Shown here: positions 1 to 10,720 of the stretch, one piece after another
Numbering within the stretch: position 1 is the first letter of the stretch
Layout of the letters: every line of letters starts with the position of its first letter
Source: Mobula birostris
Taxonomy: Eukaryota
DNA: 64,000 nucleotides
Direction: 5' to 3'
Assembly: GCF_030028105.1 (NCBI RefSeq)
Contig: NC_092386.1
Coordinates: 41,656,347 to 41,720,346 of the forward strand
Program-made: the position numbers and the translations under genes
The notes under the pieces: generated by a model
What the model was told of the DNA's origin: nothing
The model's database searches: none
Seen by the model: only the letters and a program-made list of their open reading frames with translations

Positions 1-1312
1 GTCTCACGAGCCTAATTGTGTTTTGTTGAGGAGGTGACAAAGCAGATAGATGAAGGTAGAGTGGTAAATGTGATGTATATGGATTTTAGTAAGGTGTTTG
101 ACAAGGTTCCCCATGGCAAGTGCATCCAGAAGGTCATGAGGCAGGGGACTCATAGAAACTGCACTGTGCAGATTGCCTAATTGGCTTTCCCACATTCGGC
201 AGAGGGTGATAGTAGAAGAACTGTATTCTGCCTGAAAGTCAGTGACTAATGATGATTTTTATCATTGAACAATGAGGAAACAGGGAGATGGTTTTATAAG
301 TTTTCAAATGCTTTATAATCTAGGAGGTTGTCATCAGTTACAACAGGATGTAGATTTGGGCAGAGAAGAGGCAGATGGAATTCAATCCAGAAAATTGTGA
401 AGAGATACACTTTGAAAGATTGAACTTGAAGATGGAGCATGAGGTTAATGGCAGGATTCTTAGCAGTGTAAAGGAACAGAGAGATCTTCGGATCCAAGTC
501 CCCAGATGCCTCATCAAAGTTGTCATGCAACTTGATCAACATACACAAAATGCTGGCAGCATCTATGGAAAGGAATAAACAGTCAATGTTTCAGTCCAGG
601 ACATTTTATCAAGACTTGATTTCCAGCATCTGCAGAATCCCATGTGTTCATGAATTGCGCAAATCTGTAGGGTTGTTAAGAAGGCATATGGTGTGCCAGC
701 CTTTACTAGTCAGGGTATTGGGTTCTATAGCTGCAAGGTCATGTTGCAACTCTATAAAACTGTGCTTCGATGACACTTAGAATATTGTGTTCAGTTCTGG
801 TCACCTCATTATAGGAAGGGTGTAAAAGTTTTAGAGAGGATGCAGAGGAGACCTACAGGATCCTGCCTAGATTGGAGAACTTGTCTTATCAGGAAATGGT
901 CAGCAATTTAGGGCTCTTTGCTTTGGAGCAATGGAGGATGAGAGACGACCTGATTGAAGTGCATAAGTTATGACAGGCATAGATAGAGTGGACAGCCAGC
1001 ATCCCTTCCCCAGTGAGGCAATGGGCAATGCCAGAGGGCATCCATTTAAGGTGAGTGGATGAAAGTTTAGGAAAGATGTCAGAGGTAGGTATTGTACACA
1101 GAATGGTGGGTGCCTTGAGCAAACTGTCAGGGGTAGTGATAGAGGCTAAAGCAATACATTCAAAAGGCTCTTCAACAGGCAATAGATGTAAGCAAATTGG
1201 AGGGTCATGGACTGTACAGGAAGGGTTAGATTGAATTTAGAGTAAGTTTATATAGTTCAGAATGACATTATGGGCTGAAATCCCCATTATCTACTGTACT
1301 GTTCTGTGTTCT
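1..1312 (+). mobile_element. CR1-clade LINE, degraded RT region through 3' tail
   Basis: Start translates as EEVTKQIDEGRVVNVMYMDFSKVFDKVPH. ORF 375..578 gives MEFNPENCEEIHF. Ends in the CR1-type tail ctgtactgttctgtgttcta. Interrupted at about 537-650 by a short Penelope-related element. Confidence 0.93.
537..650. mobile_element. Short Penelope-related fold-back element inserted in CR1
   Basis: caacatacacaaaatgctggcagcatctatggaaagg...ccagcatctgcagaatcc; same family as 15885-16045 and 28576-28722. Confidence 0.75.
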
Positions 1313-1575
1313 AGATTCAAGATTCAGGTTTGTTTAATGCCATTTCCAGTACACAAATATAAAAGAGAATTAAATAATTGTTACTCCGGATCCATAAAAA
1401 ACACACAAAATGCGATAAAGAACATAACAATAGAAATATACAATAGATATAAATACATAACATAGCTGATATACATAGATTGATTGTAGGTCCATAAAGT
1501 GACACTTGGCATAGGGTGTCTATACATAAGGTGACTGACAGGAAATGATAATTTAGTGGTGGTGGTGGATGGTCC
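1313..1575 (-). mobile_element. 3' UTR/tail of a Rex1/Babar-type LINE or derivative
   Basis: Begins with (attcaag)n followed by tttaatg, the reverse complement of a polyA-signal plus tandem-tail arrangement, like other Rex-type tails in the window. Confidence 0.55.
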
Positions 1576-1614
1576 ATGTTCTATATTGTATGTTCTTAAT
1601 AGCCCGAAGGTTAG

Positions 1615-1748
1615 AAAACCTGATGGGTCATTGACTTTAAACTTTATCTCTGTTTCACTCCCCACAGATGCTGCCTGACCAGCTGAATATTTTCAATATT
1701 TCTGTTTTTAATTAGAATTCTAGCATTTGCAGTATCTTGCTTTTGAAT
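1615..1748 (+). mobile_element. Penelope-related short element, old copy
   Basis: ctgatgggtcattgac...cccacagatgctgcctgaccagctgaatatt...ctagcatttgcagta. Confidence 0.7.
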
Positions 1749-2279
1749 ACTTAAAAAAATACTTTAATTTAATGTTTTTAATTTGTTAGGTGCTTTGAAT
1801 ATCTTTTATTGCTTTTATTTAATTTGGAATAATTTTGAAGTTTCTCTGAATGCCAGAGAAGTTGCAAATTTTGCAATTACATACTCCCACCTCTAGCTTT
1901 GTCACCTGCTAAAGGGTGCTTGAAATAATTCAATGCACTGGTCTGGACCCAGGGTATGATCCCTATCTGTGACCTCCAGACTCCAGGAACAGCCCACGCT
2001 CTGGATAGGGCGATTACAGGCACGGCAAACCATTGACTTTGATTCCATGCAGACATCAGGCCAGCCGAGAATAGCCCATTCCCTTATACAGAGAGTACCA
2101 AGAAGTTTGACAGGAGTGTTTAAAAATAGGAGCTTCTGACAGCCTCGGGAGGGGATGTCTAATTCCATTGGCTAGCTATTCAATTAATTTAAGATCAGTG
2201 AAAGGAGACAAAGGGATGAAGTACTTAAAAGAGTATCTTACTAGCATTATCAATTGCTTATACAATAAGCCACTACTAG

Positions 2280-3125
2280 TTAGACCATAAGACTATAAGA
2301 CATAGGAGCAGAATTAGGCCATTTGGCCTATCGGGTCTGCTCCGCTATTCCATCATGGCTAATTTATTATCCCCCAACCCTAATTTTCTGCATTCCCTGC
2401 TTAACCTTTGACACCCTTATTAATCAAGAACCCATCAACCTCCGCTTTAAATATACCCGATATCTTGGCCTCCACCACCCCTCTGTGGCAATGAATTCCA
2501 CAGATTCACCACCATTTGGCTCCACCTGTAAGTAGTCTGAACATTCTCCCTGTGAACTGCATGGGTTTCCCCCAGGTGCTCCGGTTACATCCCAGTGCAA
2601 AGACAGAGCTATTTGGTCAATTGGTCATTGTAGGGGTCGCTGGGTGGTGCAGCTTGCTGAACGAGGAGGGCCTGTTCCGCACTGTTACTCTAAATGAAAT
2701 AAAATAAAGGAAATCTTCCTCATCTCTGTTCTAAAGACCATTCTATTCTAAGACTGTGCCCTCTGGTCCTAGACTCCCCACTATGAGAAACATCCTCTCC
2801 ATGTTCCCTCTATCTAGGCCTTTCAATATTTGAGAGATTTTAATGAGATCCCTCCTCATTCATCAAAACTATAGCAAATACAGTCCAAGTACCCTCAAAT
2901 GCTCCTCATACATTAACCCTTCCATTCCCGGAATCATTCTTGTGAATATCCTCTAGTCTAGACGCACTCCAATACCTGCACATCCTTTCCTAGATAAGGG
3001 GCCCAAAACTGCTCACGATTTTCCAAGTGTAGTCTGTTAATGCCTTTAAAAGCTTCAGCATTATATCCTTGCTTTTATATCCCAGTCTTCTCGAAATAAA
3101 TGCATTTGCCTTCATAATAAGTGAC
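2280..3125 (-). mobile_element. CR1 LINE 3' fragment
   Basis: Tail (agaccata/agactata)n, then cataggagcagaattaggccatt. Body has the CR1 C-terminal motifs gggcccaaaactgctcac and ctcgaaataaatgc. Interrupted by a SINE at 2516-2708. Confidence 0.85.
2516..2708 (+). mobile_element. HE1-like V-SINE, 5'-truncated
   Basis: V-domain cattctccctgtgaactgcatgggtttcccccaggtgctccggtt, CR1-type 3' end gggcctgttccgcactgt and A-rich tail. Confidence 0.8.
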
Positions 3126-3391
3126 TCATCAGAGGGGTCGCCCCACCGTGTTTACAAGGAATGATATTGCAACTGCTTATCAAATGGATATAATCTTCAC
3201 CACCAAGGAAACTGCAGGAAGCACCAGCAATCACAGAGCATGGTCATACTCAACCACACAAAATTCTTATCTCTCTACCAACTTATTGTAGAGAATCCTC
3301 AAATTTAATGAGCATTGCCATTGAATGTGTTACCATTTCACATCTGTTTAGTTGTGATAGACAAGTCAAGATCATAGCCAATGCAATCCTC

Positions 3392-6300
3392 CAGTAAGGT
3401 GGCAGCGCACTTGGTTGCTCTGGCGTAGTTGTTTAGCCTTCATGTCATTTTTATGATCGAAAGACACTGCTGGGTGATAAGATCATCAACTACTACAGGT
3501 CTTTACCATCAGCGAGTTGCTCGACAGCGTTGGAGCTGAATTTGTTGTGTATGGTGTTACAGCATCCCAAGGAGCAAAGTGTCTAAGTGCTGTATGGAGG
3601 CAGTGCACTGTCCAACAAACAGGGCAAAGAGTTTTTTTTCCTTATGGACATTTTGCTTCTGATCACAAGACCCTGTTGGACATCGGTAATGTAGACTACA
3701 GCAAATCCCAGACCAATGGTGGGGGAGCTGCGTGGCCTCAGCCGTTGTGCAGACCACGCCCTCATGCCACGGGGCTGCCTGATGCAAGGAGACACAAGTC
3801 GGTGTGGCACGGCAGCATCCATGCTGGTTTTGGGGCTGACTCCTCCTGTCAGTGCTGCCCTCTAGTGTTCGCTTGGTGGAAGACAAGCTGGATAGCAGTC
3901 ATCTGCCACGGCACTAATGCGAGACAAGGAACTGCTGCTAGTCTTGTAGAAAATGTGGCTTCAGGACAACATCCCATGCACCATCGATCTACAGGCCATG
4001 ACACTTAGGGATTTTGGCTATATTGTTCTTTTTATTTCAGCTCAAGCTAGTAAAATCTGAGGTATGAGCAAAACTAAGCACACTCATTTATCAACCGCTA
4101 GGAGCTTTTGGGCTATTCTAGTGGTGTTCAGTATTGTGGCTTTCTGAAGATTTACATAAATATTGCTGTGTAAGCCTGATTGTTTAATGTCATTGTGTAG
4201 TAACTTTGGGATGATACCTGTTGTAGATATTACTATTGGGTCAACGTATATATTGTTCATGTTTCATAGGCTTTCTATTTTCTCTTTTAATTCAGCATGT
4301 GTCTGGTGTTTTACACTCATTGATTTCTGTATGTAATTTATGTTAAGAATGGCTATATCCAGTAAGTAAGTTGTTCTTGTGTGTTTATCCTGTAATATTA
4401 TATCTGGATGGTAATTATGGATTGTCCTATCTGTAATAGTGGATTGGTCAAAATATAATTTGTAGGACTTTAACTCTAAAACTGGATCAGGCTTATATTA
4501 ATAGTAAGATATAGTGTCTTTTATGAGTTTGCATTTTAAAGCAAGATTTTGGTGAATGATGTTTGCCACTTGATTGTGCCTGTGTAAGTAAGCAGATTGA
4601 GTTAAACTGCTGCAGGATTCTGCAATGTGTTGGATTGCTCTGGTTTCTCTTGGCATTTTCTACATTGATCATCTAAAATTTTTTGGTCTTTTATTACATA
4701 TTTTTGATTTTTTTTTTGTTTAACCATCTGGTCCTGTATCGGCACAAGGAACCCCTCTTTTTCTGGGAAGTGGTTTCCAACTCTGAGCCAGGCATTCAAC
4801 GCTTCCTTGTTGATAACTAGTCCGCTCAGATCATGGGTATGTCTTCTATGGAGAGTCCTGCTCTTCCATTGGTTAACTTCTTCATTTCTTCATTTCAGTG
4901 ATAATTTCTTCATTTTCTGGGTTGTGTTTTCATTTAAGTTTAGTGGTGTGTAGTTGTTATCAGAATTGCATATGCTCATGTGGAGTGCTGGATTTTGTTT
5001 TTGCTGATGAAAGTATATCCTTAGAAGTTGTATCTGACTGTTCTGTAAATTTTTTATGCCTGTCATTCCTCTTCCTCCTTCCATCCTAGGTAATGTTAAT
5101 CTAAGTGTGTTCGAGTGTAGATAATGTTTTCTCAAATTTGTCATTTCAGTTCTTATTTTCCTTTGTAAATTTTCCAGATCAGTTTCTGACCAAGATATTG
5201 TGCCAAAACAACATGTCAATATGGAATAAAGGAAGTGTTTATTGCTGTTGTTATATTTTTACTACTAAGCTCTGTTCGGCAGATTTTCTTAATCCTTGAA
5301 GTAAATTCTGTCAAAAGTTTTCCTTTTATCATACTATGATCTGTTTTCTTTGCTTGTTGATATCCCAGATATTCATATGTTTCATATTCATCCATTGATT
5401 GTATTGTATCCTGCTGCTCTGTTTTATATTCTACTGGCTCTATTGCACATTTCTTTCTCTTTAATGTTCTGCACTTATCTAGTCCAAAGTTCATGTTTAT
5501 ATCTTTAGAAAATAGTTTACTTTTGAACTAATTGCTTTAGCTTTACTGATGAAGGAGCATATACTTTCAAATTGTCCATGTATAGAAGGTATAATTTGTT
5601 TGGTGTCCCTGGTTTGATACTGAATTTTCATCCGATTCAGTAAATTATAGAGTGGATTTGAAGCTAGACAAAACCATAGTGGGCTTAGAGAGTCAACATG
5701 GCAAATGCCTCAGTTTATTTTGATAACGGTGGTTGGTTGTTAATTAATAGGGTGATTATAGTACCCCTATGCTTCCTCAGATCTTAAAGGAATTTCACAA
5801 GTCTTCAATATAGTTTATATATATTAAGAACTCCTATTAACCACACTTGTGGGACAGAATCAAATGCTTTTTGGTAGTCAATATAACAACATGAAAGACT
5901 TCTGCTTTTCCAATCAGCTTGATTTAGAATTACAGGATCTTTTATCAGATGTTCTTTCCATCCTTTCATACCCTTACAGTATCCTTCCTACTGATCTGTA
6001 AGTATATAGTGGATATCGAAGTGAGTGGTGACTAGTTGCGAGATGCATGATGTTAAAATTTTACATATAGTTTGTAAGCATGTAATAGAATGCTATCTTG
6101 ATGGATCATTTGAGATTTTTCCTTGTGGTAAGAGATATGTTTTATCTTCTGTCAAAAAATTGTGCACTTTTTCAGGATTTTTAAGAGAATTGTTGCTAAG
6201 TATTAATAAGTACAGATGAAGGCAAGTTAATTTTTTTGACCAATAATTACACACATTACAACAGCTGGTACTTTTCCAGTTGTGGGTAGTTTTTATAACT

Positions 6301-7155
6301 GCTTTTAGCATTACCTTTGTAACTTCAGGTACTTGCATTTCTTCAATTGTGTGAATGTGTTCTTTTTCCTCCCTAACCGGCTTGCTTCTTGACTGTGCAT
6401 CAACCTATTCGACCAGATATTAGACCAAAAATTCATTATCTCTGTTGGTAATTCCGTGCAAGCATTAGTGACAGTTTGTTGTTTCATTGTCCTGTATAAA
6501 CCTTTTTCAATGTTTCTGAATTGATAATTCTGTTTTCTTCACCTGGTGCATTTCATATATCTATTTGGTCTGGCTTTGTATGCTCCAAGTTTTTGTTTCA
6601 GCGTAGCTATAAATTTTAAAATGTTTTTGTTAGGTTGATCATATATTGTATGGACCTTTTATTTCCATAGTATTTCTTTAGCTTTTCTCTTAACTTTTTG
6701 TTCAGGTTATCCATTTTATACTCCATTAGGCAGGCTATTTCTGCGCTTTAGGTTTCAATTTTGTTTCTTAATCTCTTCTGCCATTTCAGTGTTCTCATTT
6801 TATTACTCAGTTTTGGGTTTCTGTTAATGAGTACCTCTGGTTTTGAGCCATTTCATTGCACTGCTCTTAATGCTGTGCACTATGTTATTGTGTGTAGTTC
6901 TTAAAATGTTTCTAGTTTTCCTAAATATTGTGGTAATATGATATTATTGAGAATATTAACAATCATTATTATTATGATTGTTACTATACAGCATGTTTTA
7001 CTGCTTTCATAATTATATGTGCTATATGTATCTTACATTGTGTACCACTGTTGGTACTGCTATTTGCACCCTGGCCCCAGAGGAACGCTGTTTCATTTGG
7101 CTGTATTCATGTGTATGGTTGAATTACAATTAATCTTAAACTTGAACTTGAACTG
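3392..7155 (+). mobile_element. Non-autonomous bipartite LINE derivative (family A), split by the Dong insertion into 3392-4030 and 6975-7155
   Basis: Collinear with 62321-63049: shared 5' start taag(a/g)tggcagc, internal tgatcacaagaccctgttggacat and 3' ctggcccc...gtattcatgt...(cttgaa)n tail. Confidence 0.75.
4032..6960 (-). mobile_element. R4/Dong-clade non-LTR retrotransposon (RT plus restriction-like endonuclease), 5'-truncated and pseudogenised
   Basis: Minus-strand translation gives RT motifs YIDYQKAFDSVP (about 5850-5885), DSLSPLWFCLA (about 5660-5695) and LLYMDNLKVYA (about 5555-5590), then FGLDKC, LTLPRMEGGRG, EGFLVPIQDQ, a CRKC zinc knuckle, [10 protein letters not shown], the endonuclease PDIILQDK...LLDIA and terminal LQKATILNTTRI. 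Stop at about 4084-4086. Confidence 0.92.
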
Positions 7156-8436
7156 AATGAATCCACTGCAAACACTGTCCCTGCACAGACAGGATATAAT
7201 CAATCCTATATTGATATTGCAAACCTCTCCTTAATCTTCCTCACTGCAATATTACATCATACCTCCAAGAATCTCCCCACTGGAGTGGAACTGGTCTATA
7301 GGGTGAACTAGAAACTCTGTTGAATCCTGTTGCCTCTCTCCAAAACCAAGATCATTCCAAGCTCAATCATAGAGTTACCTTATACAGATGACTCTTGCAT
7401 ATGTGAAACTCTCAGAGGCTGAGATTCAAGTCATCATTACCACTTTCAGTCAGTCATTTAATGGATTGGTCTTACTGTTCTACCATATGTTTTCACCAAA
7501 GAACATTGTGGCCCAGTAGTGAGATGTTGGAAAACAGAGATCACTTTCCATATCATAGGGACCACTTCTCAGTGTATGGAGATATCAATGATGAAATTCA
7601 CCGCTAGTAGATCAAGAACCCACTCCAAGCACTAAATTTATGGTCTCTCAAGTAACCATGACCTCTGTCTCTTTCACACACTATAGACACGTAAGACCTA
7701 CAGATGGTGCATGCAGAGTAGTAGATAATTATTTCCAATACTATATTCAGAAGATCATTCAAACTGATAGGATAAGCCAACTCCCAGCATAAACTTTGAT
7801 CATGTTGAACCAGCTCCACTTGTTCAACAACATAATATGTACATCAGACATCAGACTCCTCCACTGCACTCTAAGCTCCAGGTGAAAAGAACATTTCAAA
7901 GTCTCCTTAAAATGATCTAATATCCCAACTAACTCATTACAATCCGTGGTCCAAGTGGAGATGGATCATCCAGAGAGGCAATGAGATCAGAGTGACTTGT
8001 CTTGTGTTCTTGGAATCTGCTTTAAATGTTCTGTTCTTTTTTTGGTAGATGAAATAATGATGAACGCCAGGCAGATTTTCACAAGGAACTCTTGATGGAA
8101 ACGTGAAGCATTGATTAGAGGTGAACTGGCATTCAGGTGCTTTTTGGCTAATTTTCAGTTCTACCATTAGTTGCACACAATCTCTTTCTTCTTCTTTGAT
8201 ATCTTGCTTCCACATTACTGTCCTTGTGCTTGCGGTGTCTGATTAATGTTACGTGGGATCCACAGATCTGATATAGGTGGGCAGATTGAGTTGCTCTGAG
8301 GTTCTGCTCTCCATTCGCTGTTTCACTAGGCCACCTAAGTGTGCCGCAATAGTTGGCTGAAGGGCCTGTCTGTTCTATAATGCTTTATGTTCTCTGTTCT
8401 ATCTGCTTCCCTTCAAAATAACCAGATTGAAAGTAC

Positions 8437-8910
8437 ATCTAATCAGCCAATCATCACAGCAACTCAATGCATAAAAGCATGTAGACATGTCAAGGTGTTC
8501 AGAGTAAACATCAGAATGCAGAAGAAATGCGATCTAAGTGACTTTGACTATTGAATGATTGTTGGTGTAAGACAGGGTGGTTTGGGTATCTCAGGAACTG
8601 GTGATCTCCTTGGATTTTCAAGCACAACAGTCTCTAGAGTATACAGAGAATGGTGCAAAAAACAAAAAAAAATCCAGTGAGCGGGAGTTCTGTGAGTAAA
8701 AATGACTTGTTTGTGAGAAAGGTCGGATGAGACTGGTTCAAACCAAAAGAAAAACGACAGGAACTCAAATAAATATGCATTACAACAATGGTGCACAAAA
8801 GAGCATCTCTGAGCGCACGACACATTGAACTGTGTAGACAGGCTGGGCTATAGCAGCAGAAAACCACACCGGGCTTCACTCCTGTATCTAATCAAGTGGC
8901 CACTGTGTGT
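8437..8910 (+). mobile_element. Tc1-like DNA transposon deletion derivative (N-terminal HTH region plus right TIR)
   Basis: Translates as KKCDLSDFD..MIVGVRQGGLGISGTGDLLGFSSTTVSRVYREWC...SISERT...GYSSRKP. Right TIR ctaatcaagtggccactgtgtg at about 8888-8909. Confidence 0.85.
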
Positions 8911-10374
8911 TCATTAACAAAAGAAGGTCAGGAATTCAACCACTTTGTCCAAACAATGATAAACCTTCACCAAAAACTCAACTTGCAAGCATTTGAAGTG
9001 GAGTATTAGAAAAGTAATCTTGAAAGAGAACTTTCAGGAAATGTTGAGTCCCTGCAAAGATAAATAAAGTTATTAATGCTCCAGAAATTTAATTTGGCCA
9101 TCTAAAAATTATGGTTCCCTCTAGTTGTTTTCTAAGATTAGGGTTTTTTTTCAATATTGCATATCTAAAGATATTTCTTGGCAGTTCAACCTTCCTTCCT
9201 TTCTCTGAATTTGGTTTCAAAGATTTATGTTCCTGTTCTTTTCACAAACATGACCTCTCCAGGCCTATGTCTTAAAAAACATATATACACTTAATAGTGT
9301 AGTTTGAACGTTTGAGAAACAAGTTTATAACACAGGGCGAAAGAAAGACTTGAAAAATTTATATTGAAATGTTTCACATACATTGTGAATAAAGCCAAGT
9401 TCTTTGATCCAGAGACTATAAATACATCTTGAAGCAACAATAACATGGCATTGCTTCAATAAGAGAATAATATCACTTGAACTTGAGCTGTTGTGAAGTA
9501 GGCACAGTGTACAGAATTTAATTCAAACCTCCTTTCATCCAGGAGTTGATAGTTCCTTTTCTTTGGTCTATTTCTGGAATACAAGTCTGTCTTCAAGTTT
9601 GTTTTGATGTATATCTTACTTAGAATGGAGGAAGTGATCTTTCCTTTAGTTAAAGTACAACATTTTATTTTAAATAAAGAAAATTATCAAAGGGATCGGA
9701 TCAAAGACTTTTAAAAATTGTGTAGATCTGATTGGAAGAGTTCACTCACCTCTCAGGAAAAGGAAATAGGTTGTTTGGGGCTTGTCAGTGTTTTATTTGT
9801 AACACAATCAAATCACAATGATAATCCTTGAAAACACAGCTCACCATTTTCCCTTATGCCTTTTGTTATATAGGGGATATTCGAGATACCGTCAATAAAG
9901 CAAGAATTCATTCGCAAACTGGCAAGTTCAATCCATTGCTTGTATCCCTAAAAAATAAATTAATGGAAATTATATCAGAAGTCAATGTTTTATGAATGTT
10001 TAGAGTATAAAAGGAAGTTGCATCCAGCATAACTCCTCCAAAATAAGCAATATTTAAAGAAGGGTTGGAAATTTGTGTGTTTTATGGGTTTTATTTTACT
10101 TGGGTTTGCAGAAAACATTTAATGAAGTTCTATAAATGAAACATAAAATTGATGGCATCTACAATATACCATGTGGTTGTCTAAACCTAAGAGAGACCAC
10201 ACCTTCTATAAAAACCACTCTGCTCTACTGGCTTTTAAATAGTTAACTCCACAGATTCTCAGCACAGTCTGAAGTACAAGTGCTAGTCCAGATTCTCAGT
10301 CCCCCTGCAGAAAAGCGTGAACAATGCGCCTTAGGAGGCAAATAACATGATTAAAAACTAAGACAGAAAATAGA

Positions 10375-10720
10375 GGCACAAGAAATACAGATGCTAGAAT
10401 CTGGAACAGCACACGCAAAGCGCTGGAGGAACTCAGTAGGTCAGGTAGCATCTATGGAGGCAAATGGACAACAAAGTTTCAGCTTGAGACCCTTCATCTG
10501 AACTAATAGTTCATTTCATTCCATAGATGCTACCTGGCTTGTTGGGTTCCATCAGTGTTTTGTGTATGACTTAAAACAGAAAATGCAGGAGATATTCAGC
10601 AAGTCACTGACTTGAGACGCTTTTCTGAAGAAAAGATATTGACCAGAAGCATTACCTTGCTATCTCGCTCAGTAGATGCTGCATAACCTGCTGAGTATCC
10701 CTAGTATTTCCTCGTTTGAA
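10375..10720. mobile_element. Two adjacent Penelope-related fold-back short elements
   Basis: gctggaggaactcagtaggtcaggtagcatctatgga paired with ccatagatgctacctgg; second copy gcaggagatattcagc paired with agatgctgcataacctgctgagtat. Hammerhead cores are degenerate. Confidence 0.8.

Noticed and set aside
1902-2168. 88-aa minus-strand ORF in unique sequence
   Set aside because: No recognisable domain or convincing splice context; the length is within chance expectation.
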